Shown: piece after piece, positions 41,081 to 51,759 of the stretch
Position numbering within the stretch: position 1 is the stretch's first letter
Layout: the number at the start of each line of letters is the position of its first letter
Assembly (NCBI RefSeq): GCF_006345805.1
Contig: NC_043003.1
Location: forward strand, 91,202,001 to 91,266,000
Direction: 5' to 3'
Source: Octopus sinensis
Taxonomy: Eukaryota
Length of the DNA: 64,000 nt
Notes under the pieces: generated by a model
Database searches by the model: none
What the model was told of the DNA's origin: nothing
The model's input: only the letters and a program-made list of their open reading frames with translations
Made by a program: the position numbers and the translations under genes

Positions 41081-41432
41081 GAGTTGTTATGCAAGGGCTC
41101 AGTCATAGCCATGTGTTGAGAGGAATTCCTTGCAGTTTTGATAATTCATTTTTGGTAAATGAGGGTGTTTTGTTCAACATCCTCAAACAACCCCCATTCA
41201 GGAACCTTTTGAGTGGGATGGGCTACTCGACCTGAAGAAAATTCTAGCTGGGCTCGACCTGCAAGGTCATGCACTGTTTTATCTTAATATGAGATCACTG
41301 TCACACACATATGGTTGCGATGCATGTGCCTGGTGTACCCTTATCAGACAGGTAGTCATGATGGGTATACTGTGCTTCATATATCTTACTCCAGTGTCAC
41401 TTTGATGGCTTGCACTGCTCTCTTACTCAATA

Positions 41433-41503
<71 letters not shown>

Positions 41504-42084
41504 TGCCCTGATGCAGTACCAGGCACTGGCTCTCTTATCTTCACATCTTAACTGAGTGGAAGTGTTATCTCGTACATGTTTTGTCTTGGTATAAAAGATG
41601 TGTTACAGCAAATATTCTGCTCAATACCACAGATTTGCTTGTCAGTTGCTTGACCTTAGCTAGTTGAGCATGTCCCTTAGTAGCTGACGATATGTGCATC
41701 TCTGATCGTGAGCAGAAGTAGTGGGGGAGCATTGTAGCCATGTGTTGAGAGGAATTCTTTGGGTTTTGAATAATTCACCTTTGGAAACAAGGGTGTTTTG
41801 TTCATCATCCTTAAATAACCTTTATTCAGGGACTTTTTGAGGGGGATGGGCTACTCAACCTGGAGAAAATTTTAATTGGGCCCTATCTCCAAGGTCATGC
41901 ACTGTTTATCTTGATATGGGGTCATTGTGTCGTGTACATATGGTTGTGATACATGTGCCTGCGTACCCTTATCAGATGGGTAGTCATGATAAGTATATTG
42001 AGTTTTGTATATTTGTTCCCCAATGTCACATTGATCGCATGCGCTGCTCTCTCACTTAGTAATAATTAAATGTTTTTGTTTTTT

Positions 42085-42490
42085 TTGGTCAGTAAGTGGT
42101 ATTTCCTATTTGATTCTATTTAGAAATCAAAGGACATTACAACTATTTCCTTCAAACTTTACGTTTGTGACCATGATACCTCAGACAGATTCAGCGTGGA
42201 GTTGCTAAAGCAGAATATCTTTATAGCAAATATTCTGCTCAACAGCACAGATTTGCTTTTCAGTTGCTTGACCTTAACCACTTGAGCATGTCCCTTCTTA
42301 GCTGACAATATGTGCATCTCTAATCATGCGTAGGAGTAGTTGGAGAGCATCATAGTCACGTGTCAAGGAGGATTCTTTGGGTTTGAATAAATGTAACAAA
42401 AGCAAAGTTTGAAGGAAATATTAGCCATTTTTCATACTCTTTAGGGGTAAGCAAATACGAAATAACAGTTGCTAGCCACAAGCAAAAATC
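42085..42490. mobile_element. MITE-like element whose centre is shared with the AAT-associated repeat
   Basis: tatttccttcaaacttt (42144) inverted as aaagtttgaaggaaata (42404). Confidence 0.6.
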
Positions 42491-43137
42491 GTGTTACACA
42501 GTGTAATAATATAAGTTTAAGTAATAGCATTTATTAATTTATGAAAAGAAACTAGGGAAATTCTGATGAAATAATTAAATGTTTTGTTTATTTCTGCTAA
42601 TGTGACAATGATTTTAATGTTCGAACTTCAACAATCTTATTTTACTCTTCTTTGAAAGTCTGACATAAAGTCTATGTGAGAAAGATATTTCAATATGTGA
42701 TATATTCCTATAAAGCCTGCTATATGTGAAAGGAATTATAGAAACACAAGTAAGAACAATAGAAAAATGCTTTCAGTCAGTTTTCCTTTTTTACTTACTT
42801 CATTTTAACTTGTGCAATCATTTAACTTATGGGATCTTTTCACTTTGACCGGCAGATTTTAAAAATAATTTCTATGTAACTAAACACTTTTAAACTTCGT
42901 ATACTGGTAGAATGTGTTTCTAAAACATCTTTTTCTCTTGGCTTTCTTGAGAAAATTCTGTAGTTTGTAAGATATTTGTTGTTTAATTTCTTGCATTCGG
43001 CAATTTCAACCAATCAATGACGTCTATTGAGGTGAATACAATTTCTCCGGATCTTTGTCAACAACAATTATTTGCGGTGTCATATGAATCTGTCACTGTT
43101 ATTTATGAGAAAAAAGATACCATGATATATACATAAT

Positions 43138-43590
43138 TTAATCTTTCCTCTTCTTCTCCTCTATTTTGTTGATGAGATTTATGCTCTTCATGAAAATTAA
43201 CATATTAAAATTTTCATCAAACAAGGACGAACTCTTGGCACTCAAGATGTCCTTGCCCATGGAAAATAAATGTTCACTTGCAGCACTGGAAGGGATGGCT
43301 GTGTTGAACTTGATGAACAAGTCCACCTATACTTGTTCTCTCAAGAAGGTAGCATCTGTCTATATATCTTTGGAGTAGGTCTCCAACGAGATCTTTACTA
43401 AATTCTGGGCCTTGTCCTTCATTGACCTGTGGCTCCCGTTCTTTTTTGTTGGGTAACACCACCTGAAGAAGTTGTCCTCTACCTCTTCGTTGTTGCTTCC
43501 TCCAATATTGCTGCTCACTTCCTCAGACTGATGCCTTATGGCCTCCTCCACCCTATCCTCCATGCTTCTCCTCATCTTGGTGATCTTGGT
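43138..43590 (-). mobile_element. hAT transposase C-terminal dimerisation-domain remnant
   Basis: LFIKFNTAIPSSAASEHLFSMGKDILSAKSSSLFDENFNMLIFMK (PSSAxxERLFS motif). Confidence 0.85.
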
Positions 43591-43795
43591 GCTGCATATA
43601 TGTATGCATATATATATGTATGTATGCATGTATGTATGTGCATGCATGCGTGTGTGCGTATGTGCGTGTGAGTGCATGTATGCATATATGTATGTATGTA
43701 TGTATGTGTGTGTGTGTATGTATGTATGTATGTATGTATGTATGTATGTATGCGACAGCTCGAGGTTATAGTAGAATACACCTGCTCAAGGTACC

Positions 43796-44297
43796 ACGAG
43801 TAAAGAAACACAAAAACTAACAGCAGAAGAACAAGTGACCACTGGAATATGTGCCCAACTTTTTGTCGTTAGCATTTTGGGTTTAAGAGATTTCTTTTAC
43901 GTGGAGGCACATGGCCTAGTGGTTAGAGCAGAGGGATTGCGGGTTTGAATCTCAGACTGGGCGATGTGTGTGTTTATGAGCAAAAATCCTAAGCTGCACG
44001 CGGCTCCAGCAGAAGGTTATGGCGAACTTCTGCTAATTTTTTCTCCAAAACTTTCTCTCACTCTTTCCTCCGACATCTTGCAGCTCATCTGCGACAGACC
44101 GACGTCCCGTCCAGGGGGGAACCTATATGCCAAAGAAACCGGGAAACCGGCCCTAATGAGCCAGAGATGGCTCGAGAAGGAACTAAGATATTTCTTTTAC
44201 AAACAGTAAGTTGATCACTTTTAATATAAGTGGAGGTCAGAATTATGGACACTCGATGACTTGCTTTAAAGTAATATTATTAAAAAAAATTCCATAT
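43796..44297 (+). pseudogene. Degenerate duplicate of the TM-encoding exon end and following intron, split by a SINE
   Basis: Aligns to 48269-48470: TSKETQKLTAEEQVTTGICAQLFVVSILGLRDFFY[SINE]K; donor gtaagt kept at 44206. Confidence 0.88.
43901..44183 (+). mobile_element. tRNA-derived SINE (V-domain-like 3' part) with 17-bp TSD
   Basis: A box tggcctagtgg, B box ggtttgaatc; TSD taagagatttcttttac (43884-43900) / taagatatttcttttac (44184-44200). Confidence 0.88.
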
Positions 44298-44430
44298 ATA
44301 CATGTCTATGTATGTATGTATGTGTATGTGTATATGTGTGTATGTATGTATGTATGCATGCATGCATGCATGTATGTATGAATCTCTCTCTCTCTTTGTA
44401 TGTATGTATGTGTATATATCTATCTATCTA

Positions 44431-44482
<52 letters not shown>

Positions 44483-44619
44483 ATAAGAAAAGTAAAATAA
44501 AAACGGAAAATACGCACACTTACATGATTATAGTATAATTTTTAATGTATCGATCAGTTTCGCAATCGCTATTCATGATACAATGTTTAATTTATATGAA
44601 AATATATTTTTTCTTAAGA

Positions 44620-44659
<40 letters not shown>

Positions 44660-44679
44660 TTATATATATATATTTATAT

Positions 44680-44741
<62 letters not shown>

Positions 44742-44746
<5 letters not shown>

Positions 44747-44874
44747 GTAAATGTAATATGTGACAACTATTCAATAGCCATGATAAAACTCCGAGTTTCG
44801 GATGCCGAGGTGGAAATCCACACGGAGTTTTATCATGGCTACCGAATAATTGTCACATATTACATTTACAGATA
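44742..44874. repeat. 52-bp inverted repeat hairpin
   Basis: 44742-44793 vs 44823-44874, about 3 mismatches. Confidence 0.85.
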
Positions 44875-44942
44875 AATTCATCTATTTACATAATATCGAA
44901 GTCCTTTCATTCTTTTGTTGCCTTACCATTTTTACCAATATA

Positions 44943-45074
44943 ACCCCAATCACCACCACCCCCACAGTTACTACTACGACGACCAACAGTCACTGCTGCT
45001 ACTACCATTTCAGCCACTGACCATTCGGACACATAAGACAGCTAAAAACAACCACGTGGATTCTGTTGAGACCA
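44943..45074 (+). pseudogene. Frameshifted Thr-rich (mucin-like) exon remnant
   Basis: TPITTTPTVTTTT / PTVTAATTISAT / TAKNNHVDSVET in three successive frames, ending at donor A|gtaaga (phase 1). Confidence 0.45.
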
Positions 45075-45341
45075 GTAAGAAACAATTATGAACTTTTTTA
45101 TTACACTTAACTTTTTAAAATATTTTTGATAAGGTTCGTTTTTTTCAAGAAGAAACGAAACATGTAAAATTTCTAAGAAAATTAAAATTTATCTTATATA
45201 GTGGCGTTTTCAAACTTCTTTTTTATAAATATATATATATATATAATTTCAACAATTGAGGGCAAAATTAATTAATTATTAATCAATTCACCAAGTGTTC
45301 AGTATGCAAAGGGACCATTCAAGGCGAATTCAAATTATTAC

Positions 45342-46189
45342 ATTATATAAAAGGGCTTAGTAAAATAAATTACTTTGCCGCATACTGAACTCATTAGAAA
45401 TAGCAGCTAAAAAACTTTTTTAAAGCTATTTCTAATACTTAAAGAAAATCTCTCTCATATATAGTGTTTGCTTATTCAACTCACAAAAGTTTGGGGGTAA
45501 GGACATCGAAAAATCAAATGCTAAGGTTATTTGAGAACGTACGTTTCAAGATTAGTCAAAAACAACACTTCTATCATCAGCTCAGAAATTCCTTGGTTTG
45601 GATTTGGAAACACTGAAAATAAGAACATACCCTTTCGAAGATCTGCCCGTAACTAACAGTGCCAACAAATTCAAATAAGCAAGCGAAGAATCTCTGTTCT
45701 CCCCTTTCCACCAGCGTGGGTTAAAAACATCAAACACTATGCTTATTTCGGTAAAATCCGAATTTTAAAATCGGATTTTACCGAAATAAGCATAGTGTTT
45801 GATGTTTTTAACCCACGCTGGTGGAAAGGGAGAACAGAGATTCTTCGCTTGCTTATTTGAATTTGTTGGCACTGTTAGTTACGGGCAGATCTTCGAAAGG
45901 GTATGTTCTTATTTTCAGTGTTTCCAAATCCAACCAAGGAATTTCTGAGCTGATGATAGAAGTGTTGTTTTTGACTAATCTTGAAACGTACGTTCTCAAA
46001 TAACCTTAGCATTTGATTTTTCGATGTCCTTACCCCCAAACTTTTGTGAGTTGAATTAAGCAAACACTATATATGAGAGAGATTTTCTTTAAGTATTAGA
46101 AATAGCTTTAAAAAAGTTTTTTAGCTGCTATTTCTAATGAGTTCAGTATGCGGCAAAGTAATTTATTTTACTAAGCCCTTTTATATAAT
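45342..46189. repeat. ~850-bp near-perfect palindrome
   Basis: Arms ~420 bp meeting at ccga-attttaaaa-tcgg (45758-45774); only a few 1-nt indels seen. Confidence 0.95.
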
Positions 46190-46332
46190 ATATATATATA
46201 TATATATATATTGGACTGTTCAGTCACAGCAGACGCTGCACATCATCAAAGTAGGCCCCACCCTTGGCGCAACCCATTGTCTATCAAGACAGACGGGGAT
46301 AAAGCGAAGATATATATATATATATATTATAT

Positions 46333-46421
<89 letters not shown>

Positions 46422-46422
<1 letters not shown>

Positions 46423-47385
46423 AGCAACGTCATTTACTGCATCTCCTGCTCTTTCTGCCCTTCTCTGTACATCGGTCAAATGAGACGGTTCACGGAGCAC
46501 CTCCGAGACATCAGACTCGGCAATGACACCCCGGTCTTACTCCATTTCCGCTCTACCGGTCAATCATTACTACACCTCTCTGTATTAGGATTGTCTTTTT
46601 TTCACAGGGGCCATCTGGATTTCTGCTTTCGCCGTGAACAGGAATAATCTTCTGTCTTCGCTCCTTTGCGGCATATGGCATCACCTCCCTTCCCTTTTCA
46701 TCTGGCTCCCCTCCTTTCCTCTCTTCATCTGACACCTACTTCCTCTCTTCACTCCAACCCACCTCTCCACTCCTCTCTTGCACTGACGCCTGCTTCCTCT
46801 TTTCACTCCTACTCACCTTCCCCCTTCATTAACATCCATCCATCCACCCTACCCCTACCCTTCATCCTTACCCCACCACTTATCCTCACCATCACATCCT
46901 CATCCCAAACCTACACCTCATATCCCCACATCCCAACACCACCACACCACATCACACCACCCGCACACACTAGCACTGACCACTTCCCAGCACCCACACC
47001 ATCATCCACACACCCACACTTCACAGACGTACACACTTACAGACGCACACATCCACACGTCAAAGTCATCAGCCCCTATCCGCATGCACACACGCACTCT
47101 CACATATACACACGCACCTTCGTTTTGGGATCACCAGTACTTTATTATCTCCCCTTCTTCCTAGCTCTCCTCGCTAACTACCTTTGTCCAACCAGTGGCC
47201 ATGACTGACCACTAACTCCAAAAGTTTTTATATTTTCTCTCTGTTTATTTCCTCGTGTTCCTTTCTGTTGAAGAGCGTTGGCTTGAAACGTAAGAGACTT
47301 TCTCACCTTCCTGAGCGTCAAACTAATACACTTTTTTGTTGTTTATACACCTGCTTTCGTTTTTTGTTTTTCTGTAAATTTCAAC
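46422..47385 (+). mobile_element. Penelope-like element 3' part: GIY-YIG endonuclease remnant, 3' UTR and degenerate hammerhead
   Basis: SNVIYCISCSFCPSLYIGQMRRFTEHLRDI...HF; CTGTTGA-aGAGC(gttg)GCTT-GAAACGTA at 47265-47292. Confidence 0.85.
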
Positions 47386-47396
47386 TATATATATAT

Positions 47397-47442
<46 letters not shown>

Positions 47443-47459
47443 ATTATCTGTCTTTTCAG

Positions 47460-48378
47460 AAACTGAGAGAAGCACATTGCCAAAGATATTGTCATCATTA
47501 TCATCAGCAACAACACCAACACCACCAGCAATAACAGCAACAACAATAACAGTAGCAGTATCAACAGCAGCAGTAACAGCAACAACAACTACTACTACTA
47601 CTACTACTACTACTAATACAGCATCATCGAAACCTGCACTTACTCACGTTGTACATTCGACCGTTACTGATGGATCCTCTCCAATATATTTAACGAGCCA
47701 GCCTCCTGCAATAAAAACATTGGGTCCATCTTTACGTCCAACTGTAGGAAAGCAGACAGTATTATGGAATAGTTCGACTAGGTCACAGCACAAAACTACC
47801 TCAAACTTTTATTCTACAACACCGTTTCCTTCGAAATTTTCTACAACTAATGCAGTTTTAAGTGAAACGCCACAATCCAAAAGCAGCACTACTATGGTTT
47901 CCCATACAACGAAACTTAAACATCCGATGGCTTCTTTTACCAATACAATCATATCTAAGGTAACTCATGGTCGTAGCTCTCTTCAGTTATTAAACAATAC
48001 TAAGACATCGTTTGAGAAGGAGAGTACATCGGTACTGTCATCACTTTTGACTTCGACTTCGACTTTGGTTTCAACGTCGGCTGCAAGCTTACGTTCATCT
48101 TTGGTTTCACTTGGTAGTACCACTTCTAAAACACCAGAAATTCGATCATCATTCCATGTACCAGTTTTATCTACAAGCCCAGCTAATACTACAAAAACAG
48201 CTGTAACAACTACAACATGGAACATTTCTACAGAGCAGTCGATTCTAGATATAAATACCACAGGAGCTACGAGTAAAGAATCACAAAGACTAACAACAGA
48301 AGAACAAGTGGCCACTGGAATATGTGTCCCGCTTTTTGTCCTTAGCATTTTGGGTTTAACATATTTCTTTTATAAACG
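47460..48378 (+). CDS. Internal exon of a type I membrane mucin-like protein (Ser/Thr-rich stalk + TM helix)
   Basis: Acceptor tcttttcag, donor CG|gtaagt; 305 uninterrupted codons, largely non-repetitive; N-X-S/T sequons; TM VATGICVPLFVLSILGLTYFFY followed by KR. Confidence 0.85.
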
Positions 48379-48488
48379 GTAAGTTGATCATTTTTAACAT
48401 AAGTGGAGGTCAGAATTAGGGACACTTGATGACTTGCTTTAAACTAATAATATTTTTTAAAATTCCATAAATATATTTTTATCTACAG

Positions 48489-48594
48489 AAATAGAAAAAA
48501 TTGCAAGTTCACGTCCAGGTCAGCAGCAATGTGTTATGAAAATGATATACCGTACATCCTCGAGTATAATCCGCATCCCCCCCCCAATTTTTAA
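48489..48594 (+). CDS. Cytoplasmic-tail exon (R)NRKNCKFTSRSAAMCYENDIPYILEYNPHPPPNF*
   Basis: 110-nt intron, acceptor tttttatctacag, phase 2 matches, basic juxtamembrane residues; 3' end uncertain (alternative donor CAG|gtcagc after 48518). Confidence 0.6.
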
Positions 48595-48700
48595 AGGTCA
48601 AAATCCCTAGTGCGTACTATATACAAGGTTAAAAATGAAAAATATTTTCTAAGCAATGTCCGAGTCTCTATTTGCTGTCCGGTAATGTTTATTCAGACGC
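48548..48700. mobile_element. Tigger/pogo-like terminus (TA-CCGTA...CGAGTATAA)
   Basis: Resembles the TIR class at 4463-4627; partner TIR not found. Confidence 0.5.
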
Positions 48701-50879
48701 ATTTTGTGATGTCGGGCACGAAAATACCTTAAGCTAAGCCTGAAAGCAATGAAGTCATAAAAGAATCATCCATAACTTGCAGTAAGCAACACTTATTAAA
48801 ATAAAAGTATTCGAAACACAGAATAACATGTAACAAAAACAATTTGCAAACATATTTACATTTTCATATAACAGTTAAGAACATCACCATTATTGTATTA
48901 CGACTCAGAATCTACTTTGGCACTGAAGCGTGTGTGTTGTCGACACACACATCATCTAAAGGAAGATGTTCTCCGAAGATAAAATCCAACAGCAAATAGA
49001 ACATTTACATCCAAGTGTGCCGGAACATGTTAAGAATGAATATACTCATCATTGTTTTGATTCAATCTGTTTTTGCTTGCCCATAATAATTTGATATAGC
49101 AATATAATAAAGTGGCGTGTTGGTTGAATCGTTAACACCCCAGGTTAAATGCTTAGCGGCATTTCGTCTTTCTTTACGTTCTGAGTTCAAATTTCGCCGC
49201 GGTCGACTTCGCCTTTCATCCTTTCGGAGTCGATAAAATAAGTACCAGTTGACCACTGGATACTGGCTTTGTGCCAACATTTGAAACCAATATAGGAATA
49301 TAATTAGGGAAAATATTCTGATTCGCACACGTCTTTAATGATTTTGAGAACCGTATGACTGAAAAGTATATTTAACACTGGTGTGAACCTGTGTAAAATC
49401 CATTGGATAAATATACTTTTATACTTCATTTCTTACAGTAAGCTGTATGAAAAGAAATTTATTGAATAAATTACCTGCTCTTCTTCAATTTATAAATAAT
49501 CTTTTCTACTATAGGTACAAGGCCTGAAATTAGCAGTGTGTGCGCGGGTGGGGATGTAAGTCTATCACATCAACTCCAGTACTTGAGTGCTACTTAAATT
49601 ATCGACCCCGAAAGGATGAAAGGCAAAGTTGACCTCGGCGGAATTTGAACTCAGAATGTTAAGACGGGCGAAATACCTATTTCTTTACTACCCACAAGGA
49701 GCTAAACACACACAGAGAACAAACAAGGACAGACAAGCGGATTAAGTCGATTATATCGACCCCAGTGCGTAACTGGTACTTAATTTATCGACCCCGAAAG
49801 GATGAAAGGCAAAGTCGGCCTCGGCGGAATTTGAACTCAGAACGTAACGGCAGACGAAATACGGCTACGCATTTCGCCCGGCGTGCTAACGTTTCTGCCA
49901 GCTCAGCGACTTTGATTTTTTTTTAAATAAATAATAAATGTAAATAGAAATATAATGTAGCTATAGACAATTTATTCAGTATTGAATTAAGTGGCCTATT
50001 TCCACGAATTTCATATAAGTGCCTTTTGTGTACGTTTTATGGGAAGCGGACAAAGAGAAACGAAAATATACTACTGATTATATTAGCACAATATGTGATA
50101 TACCGCTCTTAACAGAACGGGATCCTCTCGTCTGATAAAGGTGGCTGGATGTGTTACAGTGTAGGGCGAAAATACGTTATGTATTTCTTTCTTTTGACAA
50201 TCCTTCAGAGAAAGTATCCCATGTGTCAAATGAAATATTAGCTATTTTATCTGTGTTCGACAATTTCTGGGAAACATTTTCATTTTTTCTTTCTTTCTTT
50301 CTTTCTATGTGCTCGTGACGCCGCACATTAATACTTTCTTCCAAGGATTGCTATTAAATTGCCGAACACAGATAAAACAGCTGATATTTCATTTGACATA
50401 TGGGATACCTTCTCCGAAGTATCATTATCAACTTAATGAAAATTACTGCATTTCTTCAGATTTCTTTTTACAATTAGTTAATACAAATCAACAAATTTGC
50501 CTCTGCATGGTTCCTCGACCAGCAGAAAATAGCAACCAAAACTCTGTAAGATTTCACCCAACAGTTTTTTTTTTAACGGAACATTTTATATTATGTAATA
50601 CTTTATATACAAAATGTCAGACGGTCATGGCTAGAACGCCCTTTGACCATAGATTTGCGTGAAAAAAAGCCATCTTTGTCTAAACAACAACAAAATTATT
50701 TGAGGTATTCTTGTTTAAATGTATTTCACCAAAGAAAATCATGAAGTTCCCATAATTCCAAACTCCGCTAATTACGTATTTGTTTTGATTGAATTAGTTT
50801 TACTTCTTTTATAGTTTTATTTTTCTTATTTTATTTATTTGGGGTTTTGGACTCCAACTGAAGACTCGTTTCTATTTGG

Positions 50880-51266
50880 TACTAGCAGTATCGCCCGGCG
50901 TTGCTCGGGTTTGTAAGGGAAATAACTATAAAGCATTTTTAGAGAGTTATAGCCAAAAAATAGCAAAAAAATGGAAAAAAAAATTATGGTAAATTTTTTT
51001 GAGAGTTAAAAAGGTTGAGTTGCGTCCCCTAGACAGTCTGTGGGTTGTGCTTCTGATTCTCGACCCCATGTCGAATTTATCGATTTTTTTCAGAACTGGG
51101 GGAACTTTTCAAAATTTTCGCTGCGTTAGTTTTGAATTATGACATTGGGCTATGTGTGTGTCAAGTTTCATTAGAATCGTTTGAAAGCAGTGGTCAGGGT
51201 GAGGGTACAACCTAACAGACACACAGAAACACAGACAGACAAACTGCCGTTTATATATAGAGAGAA
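50880..51266. mobile_element. Non-autonomous Helitron/Helentron-like element
   Basis: actagcagtatcgcccggcgttgctcggg hairpin end and (GACA)n...tttatatatagaga end; sister copy 60034-60443. Confidence 0.7.
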
Positions 51267-51759
51267 GAGATATCGCTAGCAAATCCCGCTTCATTTCCAA
51301 GCTATATTAATGGCTCGATTTCAAGGTTGGAAGTGCAGGCTGGAGAAACAGCAAATATTCACAAATCCTGCCGTTTACGACGGTGACATGAATCTCGCTA
51401 GTTTGCTGGTGTATTGCGAGTTAAGTGTCTTCATTGTGGAAATTGCAGAACGCCAAAGATAGAACATAAATAATCAACTTTTCGCTCACCTTATCAGTTC
51501 AACCAGATACTATTCATCAGCAGAAGTTTCTGCTACTTCTAGGCAAACATATTTTAATTCTACACTACTTAAACTTAACTAATAAAGTTCCAATAGGTTC
51601 ACTACCCATTGATCACTACTGATAAATGTGATTGAGTGATCGATTGTGAACGGAAAGTAAATCTTATTGAGACCTCAAGTAAAAGGCATAAAAGCTACAA
51701 CTTGGCTCTGAGATGTTCAACATACGGTGCTCTTTCTTCGCGAAGTGTTATCTTCTTTT

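Noticed and set aside
43901-43960. tRNA-like A/B boxes (also in other SINE heads)
   Set aside because: No complete cloverleaf; they continue into SINE bodies, here with a TSD
46666-47208. 180-aa Pro/His/Thr-rich ORF next to the mucin exon
   Set aside because: Low-complexity C-rich 3' region of the Penelope-like element; no splice signals linking it to the gene
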